A stretch of 64,000 nucleotides of DNA from an uncultured Planctomycetaceae bacterium (GCA_963813715.1 CAWFAK010000017.1:960001-1024000); one strand, 5' to 3'; counted from the stretch's first letter, positions 12,081 through 22,986 are shown. A program made the numbers and translations. Notes: generated by a model not told the origin, from the letters alone.

Positions 12081-12587
12081 TTATTTTGTCGGCGCCGGCG
12101 GATTGGCCGGAGTCGTTGTTGTCGCCTTTTTTCGTCGTCGCCGGAGCGTTTTGATCCTTGCCGGGGCGCTCGATTTTTGCGGAGGCGTCGTGGTTGTTTT
12201 CGGCGATCCTTTGGATGTTGGCGCAGCCGTATCGTGGCTCCCCGCCTCGAACTCACTGTCCTTGCCAGGGTTCGTCGGCACCGCCTCGCCCTCCGCGGCG
12301 GCGTCCTTCGACTCGGTGACTTTCGACTCGAAGCGAGTCTTGCCACTTTCGTACGTCATGGCGTAGCCGGTGAGTATCGCCATGATCACCCAGACGAGCG
12401 CAATACCAATCGTGATGCGCGTGAATACGTCGCCGGCCTTGGTGCCGAACGCGCTTTGGCCGCCCGCGCCGCCAAAGGCCCCGGCGAGACCACCCCCGCG
12501 GCCCCGTTGCAACAGAATCACGAAGATCAGCAACAGCCCCACAAACATAAACACAATTGAGGAGATATCAGTCAGGATATGGGTCAT
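12081..12587 (-). CDS. secG: Preprotein translocase subunit SecG with long low-complexity tail
   Basis: [36 protein letters not shown]; directly follows tpiA. Confidence 0.93.
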   Translation of the reverse strand: MTHILTDISSIVFMFVGLLLIFVILLQRGRGGGLAGAFGGAGGQSAFGTKAGDVFTRITIGIALVWVIMAILTGYAMTYESGKTRFESKVTESKDAAAEGEAVPTNPGKDSEFEAGSHDTAAPTSKGSPKTTTTPPQKSSAPARIKTLRRRRKKATTTTPANPPAPTK

Positions 12588-13384
12588 GCATTCCCTTCCG
12601 CGCCCTGGGTCGCAGTTGCTGCCGCGTCGATAATGGGCTGAAAGCTCTCGACTTTCAGACTCGCACCGCCGACGAGTGCTCCATCGACGTCGGGTTGCGA
12701 CAACAGCTCCAGCGCATTCTTCGCGTTGACGCTTCCGCCGTAAAGTATGCGCATGCTCTGGGCGCGCCGCGGATTGTAGCGATCAGCCAGCCACTTGCGA
12801 AGGTAGAGGTGCACGTCTTGGGCTTGCTGGGGGGTGGCGGTCCGGCCGGTCCCGATGGCCCAGACCGGCTCGTAGGCGATCGTGAGATGCTCGCACACGG
12901 TTTCGGGGAGATCCCGGAGGCCGCCCGCCAACTGGGTGTCAAGGAGCGTTTCGGTTTGGTTCGATTCGCGCTCGGCGAGGTGCTCGCCCACGCAAAGGAT
13001 CGCATTCAGCCCGCCGGCGACAGCGGCTGCGACCTTTCGCTGCAGCAAGGAGTCGGTCTCGCCCAGAATATGCCGGCGTTCGCTGTGGCCAATGATCACG
13101 TAGCGACAGCCAACGTCGGTGAGCATGTTGACCGCGACTTCGCCCGTAAAGGCTCCGGGCGGCTCAAAGTAAACGTCCTGGGCTCCGAGGCTGACGGAAC
13201 TCCCCTCAATCGCAGCAGCGACCGCGCAGAGGTAGGGAAACGGCGGGCAGACCAGAACGTCAACGCCGGTACGGAGGGCCGGCGCGATTTGGGCGGTCCC
13301 TCGCGCCAATTCGACGGCGCTCTCGCGCGTCGTGTTCATCTTCCAGTTGCCGGCCACGAGCTTGCGACGAGACGGTTCGCTCAT
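12584..13384 (-). CDS. tpiA: Triose-phosphate isomerase
   Basis: [29 protein letters not shown] and GALVGGASL. Confidence 0.98.
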   Translation of the reverse strand: MSEPSRRKLVAGNWKMNTTRESAVELARGTAQIAPALRTGVDVLVCPPFPYLCAVAAAIEGSSVSLGAQDVYFEPPGAFTGEVAVNMLTDVGCRYVIIGHSERRHILGETDSLLQRKVAAAVAGGLNAILCVGEHLAERESNQTETLLDTQLAGGLRDLPETVCEHLTIAYEPVWAIGTGRTATPQQAQDVHLYLRKWLADRYNPRRAQSMRILYGGSVNAKNALELLSQPDVDGALVGGASLKVESFQPIIDAAATATQGAEGNA

Positions 13385-14640
13385 TCCAGCGGCTCGCTCC
13401 GCGGGTAAGAACCGAGCACTTCCATGCGGATGGCTCGGCGGGCCAGCTCCTCGAGGGTTTTCTTGGTCCGCGCTTCGTTCAGATGGCCTTCAAAGTCGAT
13501 GAAGAACAGGTAGCCGGTCTCCGGCCCACGGAGCGGGAAAGATTCGATCCAGCTCAGGTTGAGCTTGTTCTTCTTGAACGACTGCAAGGAGTCCGACAGA
13601 GAGCCAGGCTCGTGGGGGATTTGCAGCAGGACGGCCGTGCGGTCGTGGCCGGAAGGCCGCGTTTGCTGGTCGCCAATCACTGCGAAGCGAGTGACATTGT
13701 TGGCGTTGTCTTCGATCTTCTCCGCCACGACCTGCAGATCGTATTCGACGGCCGCCTGGCGGCTGGCCACCGCTCCGACGCCGGGCTTGTCACGGGCCAG
13801 TTGTGCTGCGGTCGACGTGCTGGTGACTTCGATCAGGCGGGCCTGCGGCATATTCCGCGACAGCCATTCGCGACACTGCGAAAGTGCCTGAGGCTTGCTG
13901 TAAATCTCGGTGATCTCGCTCCGCGGCGACTTGGAGCACAGGTTGTGGTGCACGGCGATCTGGACTTCGCCGCAAATCCGGAGAGGCAACCGGGTAAACA
14001 TGTCGAGCGTGTCGACAATCCGACCGTCGGTGCTGTTTTCGATCGGGACCAGACCGAAATCGGCGTGTCCGCGATTGACCTCCTCGAAAACCGAGGCGAT
14101 CGTGCTGACCGGGATAAGGTCGGCCGACTCGCCGAATCGCTCGATCGCCGCCAGGTGCGTAAAGCTGAACTGCGGTCCCAAATAAGCCACGCGGTGGGTT
14201 TTGACCTTCTGCCGCGACGCGCTGAGGATTTGGCGGAAAACTCCCCGCACAGCCATGATCGGCAGGGGACCTGGGTTCGCAGCGGTCAGCTCTTGCCAGA
14301 GCAAATCATCGCCGTGCAAGTCGAAGACGGCCGCACTCCGATCCGGAGCGCTTTCGAGCAGCCGAATCGTCCCCTCCGCTCGCTTGTTGATCAGTTGCAG
14401 AATCTGTCGATCCAGGCTGCGAAGCGAGGCCTCCAGTCCGCCGGTCGCCTTCCGCGGCTCGCCGGCGGGCTTTTCCCTTTCGGTCGCGGGCTGGGCTTGG
14501 CCATTGCGTTGCGGAGATGGTTTCTTGACCAAAGCCTTGGCCTGGGGCGGCTTTGGGAGCCGTGAGACGGGACGGCTTGGGCCCTTTTTCGCCAGAGCAG
14601 GCTTCGGCACACGCTTGGTCGCGACCGGTTTTTTGGCCAT
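13381..14640 (-). CDS. pheA: Prephenate dehydratase with degenerate AroQ chorismate-mutase-like domain, ACT domain and basic N-terminal extension
   Basis: [33 protein letters not shown] and IESFP. Confidence 0.93.
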   Translation of the reverse strand: MAKKPVATKRVPKPALAKKGPSRPVSRLPKPPQAKALVKKPSPQRNGQAQPATEREKPAGEPRKATGGLEASLRSLDRQILQLINKRAEGTIRLLESAPDRSAAVFDLHGDDLLWQELTAANPGPLPIMAVRGVFRQILSASRQKVKTHRVAYLGPQFSFTHLAAIERFGESADLIPVSTIASVFEEVNRGHADFGLVPIENSTDGRIVDTLDMFTRLPLRICGEVQIAVHHNLCSKSPRSEITEIYSKPQALSQCREWLSRNMPQARLIEVTSTSTAAQLARDKPGVGAVASRQAAVEYDLQVVAEKIEDNANNVTRFAVIGDQQTRPSGHDRTAVLLQIPHEPGSLSDSLQSFKKNKLNLSWIESFPLRGPETGYLFFIDFEGHLNEARTKKTLEELARRAIRMEVLGSYPRSEPLE

Positions 14641-14885
14641 TGCTTTCCCTACACTCTCGTTCGGCGGGCCGGAACTGTGCCTGGCAGGGAGGTTCGAACG
14701 GCGCCCACGCGTAGCTGTACCCGTTCGTAACCGCGCGATTAACTGCGCTGCAAAGCCCTGGTGCAAATAATCTTAAGTTAAATTCGACCGGCGCGAACGA
14801 AGACAGGTGTCGGGTCGGATCGCGAGGCGGATCGAGGAAGCGTCCGATACCCGTCCGATCTCCCTAAATTGGGCATCGATTTTCG

Positions 14886-14914
14886 TTTGTACAGACGGCC
14901 AGAAAGAGTGTCAA
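14886..14914 (-). promoter_or_regulatory. Candidate sigma70 promoter for the pheA-tpiA-secG run
   Basis: TTGACA (14914-14909), 17 bp ending in TG, TACAAA (14891-14886). Confidence 0.45.
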
Positions 14915-15080
14915 GCAACCGAGACGTGCTTAACTGCAAGACTGGCAAGCGGATCGCGCCACGCGTGCAAACGCGGATCTGATTACGACCCGACGCGCGC
15001 AGAATTGATGCAAGACAATGGCATTAAACATCTTACATCAGATGGAACGGGGTCGCCTGGGAATTTCACCAAAAAGCCCC

Positions 15081-16395
15081 TCACCCGGTCAATTCGCCAT
15101 CCAAGGGATGGAGAGTGGCCAGGGAAAGCGTGCACTCACCAGGGAGCGGGCGCGAATTTCGCTCGTCATCACCAACGCCGCCGCTTTGTTCGATGTCCTC
15201 GATCCACTGCCGGACATCGGCATGGTACTCGCTCGAGAGATCGCCCTTCACGAGTTGTCGCATGAACTCCGCCGCACCGTCCTCTGCCAAGTCGGCAGCT
15301 TCGGCACTCGGAAAACGTCGCGACGGATCGGGATCGACCAGCCGGCGGATTAGCTTAATGAGCGGCTCGCTATAGGCGAATTCCTCCGGCGGCAAGAGCT
15401 TGGGAAGTCGCTCTAGGATCTGCCTCTTGGCGCGCAGCAGCTCGGCGAACCGTGATTTGCCCGCGAAGGGCTGCTCGCCGCGGAGCATCTCCAGGAGGAC
15501 GTAACCAAGACTTGCCAAATCCGACTGCGGCGAACCGGGCTTGCCCTCGAGAACCTCGGGAGCCGCATAGGCCGGCGTGCAACGGCCGGCGGGTGGCGAA
15601 TCGTAGAGATCGAACGCCGACCCGACGTCAATGATCTTCGTGCTGCCGGTTCGCTTCAGCATGATGTTGGACGGCTTGAGGTCCGAGTGGACGATCCCGT
15701 CGCGATGCAAGGCTGCCACTGCCGCCAGACAGCCGCGCAGCACAGAAATCGCGATTCCCGGTTTGAATCGCAGCGATTCTTTGCCCTGGGTCACGGTAAA
15801 GCTGTTGATGTGTTCCCAGCGTTCGGCAGTGACATTCGCGGATCTGCTCGAAGACGCGAGGCCGGCAGAGCCGCTGCAAGTCGTAACCGTCGACCCACTC
15901 CATCTCGAGCAGGCGAATTCCTCGGTGCTTGATAAAGTTGTGGACGTCGACCAGATTGTCCTGTTGGATGCGGGCCACGCGGCCGGCCACGCTCGCGATC
16001 CGGGCCATTTCGGTTTCGTAACTGCCAACGTCGTCGTAGGGCGCGGGCGAAAAGACCTTGAGCGCGACGCGACGCTGAAAGTCGTCGGCGCCGAGCCGTT
16101 GGCTTAGAAACACAATTCCCTGGCCGCCCGTTCCGAGGCAGCGCAAGAACGGTCGACGCGACACCCAAACGAGCTCTTGCCGTTTGAGGATCGTTTCGTA
16201 GCGGGCGATGAGCGGATTGGCGCGCACGGCGGCCGCACCTTTTTTCGGGGCAGCTTTCAGAGAGACACTTCCTTGTTTTGACAGCTCACAGCGAAAAGGA
16301 TCCGAGAAGACAAAAGCTTCCGTTGCTTCGATCTCGGGACCACCAGCTGTGGCTGAATTGAGCGGAGTCATTTTAGCGGTCACACTACTTCGCAT
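15081..16395 (-). CDS. Hanks-type Ser/Thr protein kinase (frameshift ~15840)
   Basis: LGTGGQGIVF and VALKVF in ORF 15628-16395; IVHSDLKPSNIML, KIIDVG, YAAPE and SDLASLG in ORF 15081-16028. Confidence 0.88.
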
Positions 16396-16534
16396 CCACG
16401 GGGTTATCCCTTACTTGTTGCACACATGCCCAGACATCCCAATCTGCCTCGAGGTTCGGGCCGCCGGAGTAATTCAGAACGGCCAAAGTGCGACGCGGCA
16501 GAGGTTTGCACGAAATCGGCTCGCGCCGCCGCGC

Positions 16535-16564
16535 TTGACAGCGCGCGGGCACTTTGCAAACAAT
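16535..16564 (+). promoter_or_regulatory. Candidate sigma70 promoter for the small basic protein
   Basis: TTGACA 16535-16540, 18 bp, AACAAT; AAGGAG RBS before ATG 16608. Confidence 0.4.
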
Positions 16565-16607
16565 CGCGCCGACATCTTAGCGCAAATTTTTTCAAGGAGA
16601 GACAACG

Positions 16608-16808
16608 ATGAGCGGACCGATCGTACGGACAGGCACCACTCCCAAATTCTGGCAGAACTGGGACCAGGTGTTCGGCAAGGGCCGGAAGAAGTCGACCTCG
16701 GGCGAAACGAAATCCTCCGCAGCGAAGCCCACCAAAAGCATGAAAAAGTCCTCCACCAAATCGGCCGCGGGTAAAAAAACCAAGAAGACGGCCGGGAAAA
16801 AGAAATAG
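16608..16808 (+). CDS. Small Lys/Ser-rich basic protein (66 aa)
   Basis: Strong RBS; short folded-looking N-terminus (MSGPIVRTGTTPKFWQNWDQVFG) and a K/S/T/A-rich tail. Confidence 0.75.
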   Translation: MSGPIVRTGTTPKFWQNWDQVFGKGRKKSTSGETKSSAAKPTKSMKKSSTKSAAGKKTKKTAGKKK

Positions 16809-16812
16809 GATC

Positions 16813-18444
16813 GTGCCTTATCGTTACACGGCGGCACGCGACGACCCATTTTCCGGAACCAGTCTCCGGTTGCGGATCGTGGTGACGGCCGCCGTTTTTG
16901 CGTCGTTCGCCCTCAGTTCGTTCGTCCGATACCCGCTTCCGGGGCCCAACGAACCGCACTACCTCTGCAAAGCCAAGCACTATTGGGATCCGGCGTGGTG
17001 CGCTCGAGATTTCTTTCTTGAGTCATCCAACGCGCACTTGGTTTTTTTTCAGACTTTCGGATTGCTCACGCGTTGGCTGTCGCTCGATGCGACGGCATTC
17101 ATCGGGCGATTGGTGGGCCTCCTGATATTCGCGACGGGTTGGACCCTGCTGGTCCACACCCTGGTCCCCGCCCGTTGGCCGCCGCTGTGGGCTGCCTGGA
17201 TCTATTTGCTCATCGCCGCCTGCGCGGGCAATCTAAGCGGCGAATGGCTGATCGGCGGCATCGAGGCGAAGGTCATCGCCTATGGTCTGCTGTTCGCCGC
17301 CATGGCTTGCTGCACACAGGCCCTTTCTACGCGGAATCCCCGTTCGTTGCTTGTTGCCGGAGTTCTGATCGGCATTGCCATCAGCTTTCATCCGGTCGTG
17401 GGAATTTGGGGGGCCGCGTGCGGAGTTTTTGCCACACTCGGCGTTCTTATGTTGGGCCCTAGGTCATCTGAAACAGGAACGCGTAAGCTGTCTTGGCGAT
17501 CGATCATCGCCGCGTGTGCGAGCGCCGGGCTCCTGGGAATCCCGGGGATCGTGGCTGGACTCCGCGCGACGAAGGGCAGCTCGTTCGAGGCGGACTACAT
17601 CCAGGTTTATTATCGTCTCGCCCACCATCTCGACCCGCTCCATTTCGCGACCACAGCGTGGACCATTTATGCCGTGCTGGCGCTCACGTGGCTGGTCGGC
17701 CGCTGGTTCATGGCCCGCCGAGTCGAGGAGTCCTGGTTCGTCTGGTTCGTCGTCGGCAGCACGCTGATCGCGGCCTGCGGATTACTTGTTGGCTGGAGGC
17801 ACGGTCCTCCCGAGAATATCAAGAACTATTCCTTTCCCTGGTTGATCGATGTGTCGCTGCGGTGGAAGCTTCTCAAGCTCTACCCGTTTCGTTTGGTCGA
17901 CGCGATGTTGCCGATTGCAGTCGCGCTGACGGCTGCCGGACTTCTCCGTCGCGGGTGCGAGTTCGTATGTCGGTGGCCGGGCATCGCACGGAAGGTCGGC
18001 GTTGTGGGACTTTGGTTGGCCTGCGGTGTCCCCGTGCTGACGACCTTGCATCTGGCAGACGACGCGCGGCCCACTTTCGATTCGGACGAACTCGCCGATT
18101 GGTACGATGTCTGTCGGTGGACGCGGGATCACACCCCGCCAGACACACTGATCCTCGCGCCCGTGCAGGAAAGCTGGGCATTCAAGTGGTACGCGAAGCG
18201 CGCCGAATTCGTTTCGTTTAAGGACTGCCCGCAGGATGGCCCTGGAATCATCGAGTGGAACGAGCGGCTCCTGTTTCTGCGGAATTGGTCGGAAGCCAGC
18301 CTGCCGGACGGCTACTCCCGCGCCGAGGTCGACGTGTTGCGCAAACAGGGCATCGCTTACATCATCGCCCGGCGTCTCGGGCCGTTTAATTTTGACCCTG
18401 TTTACGTGAACGACACGTTTCGGGTCTACGAGCTCACGCCCTAA
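16813..18444 (+). CDS. Polytopic membrane protein (DUF6798-like)
   Basis: About 12 hydrophobic segments; PNEPHYLCKAKHYWDP, FHPVVG, YRLAHHLDP and AFKWYAKRAEFVSFKDCPQD. Confidence 0.65.
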   Translation: MPYRYTAARDDPFSGTSLRLRIVVTAAVFASFALSSFVRYPLPGPNEPHYLCKAKHYWDPAWCARDFFLESSNAHLVFFQTFGLLTRWLSLDATAFIGRLVGLLIFATGWTLLVHTLVPARWPPLWAAWIYLLIAACAGNLSGEWLIGGIEAKVIAYGLLFAAMACCTQALSTRNPRSLLVAGVLIGIAISFHPVVGIWGAACGVFATLGVLMLGPRSSETGTRKLSWRSIIAACASAGLLGIPGIVAGLRATKGSSFEADYIQVYYRLAHHLDPLHFATTAWTIYAVLALTWLVGRWFMARRVEESWFVWFVVGSTLIAACGLLVGWRHGPPENIKNYSFPWLIDVSLRWKLLKLYPFRLVDAMLPIAVALTAAGLLRRGCEFVCRWPGIARKVGVVGLWLACGVPVLTTLHLADDARPTFDSDELADWYDVCRWTRDHTPPDTLILAPVQESWAFKWYAKRAEFVSFKDCPQDGPGIIEWNERLLFLRNWSEASLPDGYSRAEVDVLRKQGIAYIIARRLGPFNFDPVYVNDTFRVYELTP

Positions 18445-18454
18445 GGAATGCGCC

Positions 18455-19944
18455 GTGCGCGAAAACTTGGACCGATCGCGAATCGATAAAGTGCCGGCGA
18501 TATTGCGCAGCCTGCTGGCCCTGGCGATGGTCGGAGCGTTGGCATCGACCGTCCGCGCTCAATCCAAAGTCGAGAGTGTTGCTCCGAAGCCCGCGCAGGC
18601 TGCCCTCGATTGGCCGGCCTTTCTTGGCCCCTCGGGTACCGGAGTGACGGCGGACGCCGGGTTGGCCGATCATTGGCCGAAGGGCGGCCCGCCGATTCTT
18701 TGGAGCAAAAAGATCGGGTCCGGGTATTCGGCTCCGTCGGTGCGCGCGGGCAAGCTGGTCTTCCACCATCGCCTGCACAACGAATCGATTGTCGAGTGCC
18801 TCCACGCAGACACCGGAAAGTCGATTTGGAAGGTGAGCTACGAGAGCACCTTTTCCGACCCTTACGGCTACAACAATGGTCCGCGCTGCACCCCGCTTTT
18901 GACCGAAAAGTACTGTTACACGTTTGGGGCCGAGGGGAAATTGCTGTGCGTGGAGCTGGCCACGGGCCGGCACGTCTGGGCCCGGGACGTCTCCAAGGAT
19001 TTCAACGTTCCGCAACACTTCTTCGGCACGGGCTGCACGCCGATCCTCGAAGGAGACTTGCTGATTGTCCTCGTGGGCGGACAGCCGAACTCGGGCGTGG
19101 TGGCGTTTGCGCGACTACGGGCGAGATCGTCTGGGAAAGCGTCGGCAAAAGCACTTGGAACGGTATCGAAACGGATTGGCCCAACGAACCCAAATACCGC
19201 TGGACGGGCGAAGAGATGTCCGTCAGCTACTCTTCGCCCATCGTCGCTACGATCCACGGCAAACGGCAGATCGTGTGCTTGATGCGGCAGGGGCTCGTCT
19301 CCGTCGATCCGCGCGACGGCCACGTGAATTTTCGATATTGGTTCTGCTCGCGCGACTATGAATCCGTGACGGCCGCGCGACCGGTCGTGATCGGCGACAA
19401 GATTTTTATTTCGGCCGCTTACCGGGTTGGTTCGGCATTGCTGGAGGTTCAGCCCGCCGGCGATTCGGTGAAAGTGCTCTGGCGCAATCGCGAGAATCTG
19501 CTCGCGCACTGGTCCACGCCGATCTATCGCGACGGTTTCCTTTACGGATTCAGCGGCCGGCACGAATCCGAAGGCGAGCTGCACTGCGTCGAGCTGGCCA
19601 CCGGCAAAGTCGCCTGGGCAACACGGGGATACGACTCCGTCAACGACCTCGGACTCGATCAGAAAACCGGCGGATTCATCAACCGCCTCACCGGCGAGGC
19701 GATTCCCTTCCCGTTTTTCGGCCGCGGCTCACTGACACAGGTTGGCGGTCGCTTCCTGGTGCTCGGCGAACGCGGCACGTTGGCGCTCGCGCAGCTCTCG
19801 CCGCAGGGCTATAAGGAACTCGCCCGGGCCTCGTTCAAAGACATCCAGTACCCGGTCTGGCCCAGCCCCGTGGTGACGGGCACCAAGGCCTATCTCCGCG
19901 ACGAAAACACGCTGCTATGTTTGGAGCTGGGGAGCGAAAAGTGA
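18455..19944 (+). CDS. PQQ-binding-like beta-propeller protein (frameshift ~19110)
   Basis: Signal peptide, DWPAFLGP, GYSAP, GPRCTP, repeated D..TG...W units, YSSPIV and PVWPSPVV. Confidence 0.85.
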
Positions 19945-19963
19945 CCCGGGAGTGAAGGCCGCT

Positions 19964-21083
19964 CTAGGACCCCACTCCGTTGCGCAGCACTTCGCGATAA
20001 AGATCGGCATGGGCGGCGACCATGCGTTCGATGCTGAACTGGGACCGCATCCGCTCGCGGCCGGCGGCACCCAATCGCTGGCCCAGGGACGGGTCGGCGA
20101 GAATGCGATCGGTGAACTGGGCCATGCCGACGCTATCGCCGACGCGGACCAGAAAGCCCGTTTCGCCGTCGACGACCAGCTCGCGGTTGGGTGGAATGTC
20201 CGTGGCGACCACGGGCACGCCCGCGGCCATCGCCTCCATCACGCTGTTGGACATCCCCTCGAATTCGCTCCCCAGCCAAGAGACCTGACAGAGGGCGATC
20301 AACTTTGCCGCGTCTTCACGGTAGCCGGCGAAACGGATCAAATGCTCGCAGCCGACGTGTCGCGCGAGCGCGATCAAGTCGTTGCGCTCAGGGCCCTCAC
20401 CAACCAACAAGAGGTAGACGCGATCGGTGAGCTGCTGCAAGAGTTGCATGGCCCAAATTAAGTCTTTGACCCGCTTTTGCCGCGCCAGGCGCCCAACGAA
20501 CCCGATCACGCGCGACCCGGCTGGAATCTGGAGTTCGCCGAGCAGGCGGTCTCGATCGGGCGGCGGCGCATCGGGGATCTGCGACGCCGTTGGGAATGAC
20601 CGTGATCTTGCCGCTCGGGACGCCCAGACCTTTGTAGAACTCGGCAACGCTGGCCGAGTTCCCAACCAGCCGCGTTGTACGTCCGATTTGTTTCCGATCG
20701 AGCCAGAGCTGCCAGCCACTTTTCCACGAGTCGACGCAGCGCTCGGAGACGACAACTTTGGGCCGCGGTCCCCTCCCCGTCACGAGCCGGCCGTAGGCGT
20801 TAGCCGCAAAGATCCAGGAATGCAGAATGTCGGGTTGCTCCGCGTCGAGCAACGATTTGAGCCGCCACAACGCGACTGGGTCGACGCGCATCCGCTTCTT
20901 GAGATTGGAGAGCCGCACGCCGGCGTCGCGCAGCACCGATTCATAGGGGCCGCTCCGCGTGAGCGTGACGGCGTGCACGTCGAATTCGTCGCGGGGCAGC
21001 CGCGTGGCCAGCAGGCTGAACTGCTTTTCGGCCCCGGAGCGGTCCAGCGTGGGGATGAACAGCAAGAGCTTGATCACGGGCAT
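19964..21083 (-). CDS. Glycosyltransferase family 4 (frameshift ~20580)
   Basis: SGAEKQ and VIPNG in ORF 20397-21083; VGRLARQKR and EGMSNSVMEAMAAGVPVVATD in ORF 19964-20755. Confidence 0.9.
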
Positions 21084-21793
21084 CGCGCCAATGTTGCCCA
21101 GTCGATTGAGATCGCCGCACCGTCCGGCCGCGTCGGCGACGATCGGCCGTGCCGGAAAATGCCGAGCACGGGAATCTTCGCCCGTCGCTCAATTTCGACG
21201 GGATTCTCTTCAGTTCCTGCGAGCGACGCAAGCGGCTCTGCTTCGTTGAGCACGATGCCCGCCACCGCGAGCCCACGACTGCGGGCCGCCTCGACCGTCA
21301 GAAGCGAATGATTGATCGTGCCCAGACCCAGCCGGGCTACGATGAGCAGCGGATACTTGAGCGCGAGAGCCAGATCGGCGATCGTGTCGCGCTCGGTCAA
21401 AGGACACAACAGTCCGCCGACTCCCTCGATGAGGAGAATCTCCACTCGGCTCTGCCACCACTCGGCCCCCTCGCGGAGGCGATCAAACTCGATCTGAGAA
21501 TTCTCCAAGCGTGCCGCCACGTTGGGAGCCAGCGGTGCGCGGAATCGCCAGGGGCAAACTCGCTCCGAGTCGAACTGCCCACCGATGGCCGCCGTCAGCG
21601 TTTCCGCGTCAACCCAGCGGGCATTTCCGTCGTTGTCGAATTCAGCACCGCTGCAGACCGGCTTGTATGCCCCCACGAGGCGGCCGGAACTCCTGAGAAT
21701 CGAGGCGATAAGCGCAGTCACATAGGTTTTGCCAACGCCCGTGTCGGTGGCCGTGACAAAGAGGCCGGCGGTCGGACAGGCCGTTTGGGTCAC
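21074..21793 (-). CDS. bioD: Dethiobiotin synthase
   Basis: FVTATDTGVGKT, YKPVCSG, IEGVGGLLCP and LGTINHSLLT. Confidence 0.95.
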   Translation of the reverse strand: MTQTACPTAGLFVTATDTGVGKTYVTALIASILRSSGRLVGAYKPVCSGAEFDNDGNARWVDAETLTAAIGGQFDSERVCPWRFRAPLAPNVAARLENSQIEFDRLREGAEWWQSRVEILLIEGVGGLLCPLTERDTIADLALALKYPLLIVARLGLGTINHSLLTVEAARSRGLAVAGIVLNEAEPLASLAGTEENPVEIERRAKIPVLGIFRHGRSSPTRPDGAAISIDWATLARCP

Positions 21794-22605
21794 GAGGACA
21801 GCCCTCGCACCACGACTTTGTCGCCCGACCAAACTGCCAGTATCTCCCCCGCATGGCCGCAGCAGACAGCGATCTCCAACATGCCCGAGCTGCCGATCAC
21901 CGCCAACAGTTCCCCCGTCGCGCGATCCTGGTAGGCCTGTGAAATGCCGCCAATGAGTTGCGTGCCGATCTCGACCGTCAGTCGCGTTCGATCGGCACCG
22001 GACAAATCGGCGGCGCTGATATTGGTGATCAGGTTGCCGAATCCATCGGTTCGCACAACCTCTCCGTGGAGGTTGCTTCCGTCCCGGACGGGGCGAGGCA
22101 ACACCAGCTTGACGAGCGGCGAATCGAGTGGCGGCCCAAACTCGGCAAGATCGGCACCGCGGCTCCAGTGCGCAGCAACCGGTCCAAACACGTCGCGGCC
22201 GTGAAAGGTTTGCGATACGGTCGGACGCCAGAATCGGCGCTCCCTCAGCTCGACGGCACGGACAGTCGGTCGGGCTTCCAGAACGCGAGTCAACACGCCG
22301 TTGTCGGGTGCGACGAAACGCAACGGGGCCTCGTCCTGCTCGCCGCGCGCCTCAACTGCGATCGCGCGCCGCGGGGTGCCGACACCCGGGTCAACGACCA
22401 CGAGATGGATCGTCCCGGCCGGAAAGGCGCCGACCGCATCCGCCAGCACGGCGGCCGCCACGGCACAATCCTGCGGGGGAATTTTGTGGGTCACGTCGAT
22501 CAAGATCGCGTCGGGAGCGATCGACAAGATGGCCCCCTTCATTTGCGCGACATAACTGTCGGTGATGCCGAAATCGGTGGTCAGCGTGATCAGCGGGGAC
22601 GTCAT
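21790..22605 (-). CDS. SAM hydroxide adenosyltransferase / SAM-dependent halogenase family (DUF62)
   Basis: ITLTTDFG, VVVDPGVGT, APDNG, TFHGRDVF and DGFGNLITN. Confidence 0.9.
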   Translation of the reverse strand: MTSPLITLTTDFGITDSYVAQMKGAILSIAPDAILIDVTHKIPPQDCAVAAAVLADAVGAFPAGTIHLVVVDPGVGTPRRAIAVEARGEQDEAPLRFVAPDNGVLTRVLEARPTVRAVELRERRFWRPTVSQTFHGRDVFGPVAAHWSRGADLAEFGPPLDSPLVKLVLPRPVRDGSNLHGEVVRTDGFGNLITNISAADLSGADRTRLTVEIGTQLIGGISQAYQDRATGELLAVIGSSGMLEIAVCCGHAGEILAVWSGDKVVVRGLSS

Positions 22606-22669
22606 TTGCGAGTTTCGATCGCCCACTCGGCGGGCTCTTGCCGAGGTCGGTGGTGCGTGACGAATCGTT

Positions 22670-22972
22670 TTAGTCGGAAGGAGGAGGCGTCGCACCCGGT
22701 GGCGGGACACCCTTTCCTGCGCGGATGTAGGCCCCGCGGGCCGACGCGTACTCCTGCGACGAGAGTCGATCGGGCTCTGGAGTCGCCCCCGCCTTGCTCC
22801 GGAACTCCTCAAAATAACGCTTGAGGAACGGAACGCACCAGCCGCACCCCGTTCCGGCGCCGCCGCACTCGCTCAGCTGGCTGGGCACGCGCGGCTGATG
22901 GACGCGGAGGTGATTGAGAATTTTGCGTTTGGAGACGTGAAAGCAAAGGCAGAGTTCGTCGTCAGGCTGCAC
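22670..22972 (-). CDS. BFD-like [2Fe-2S]-binding protein
   Basis: LCLCFHV ... AGTGCGWC. Confidence 0.8.
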   Translation of the reverse strand: MQPDDELCLCFHVSKRKILNHLRVHQPRVPSQLSECGGAGTGCGWCVPFLKRYFEEFRSKAGATPEPDRLSSQEYASARGAYIRAGKGVPPPGATPPPSD

Positions 22973-22986
22973 AGTTCGTCTTTTCG

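Noticed and set aside
14685..14705. GGTTCGAA T-loop-like sequence suggesting a tRNA
   Set aside because: No cloverleaf, acceptor stem or CCA around it.
21790..22605. Fluorinase/chlorinase
   Set aside because: The TFHGRD motif and housekeeping context fit the common SAM hydroxide adenosyltransferase (DUF62) branch; no halometabolite genes are nearby.
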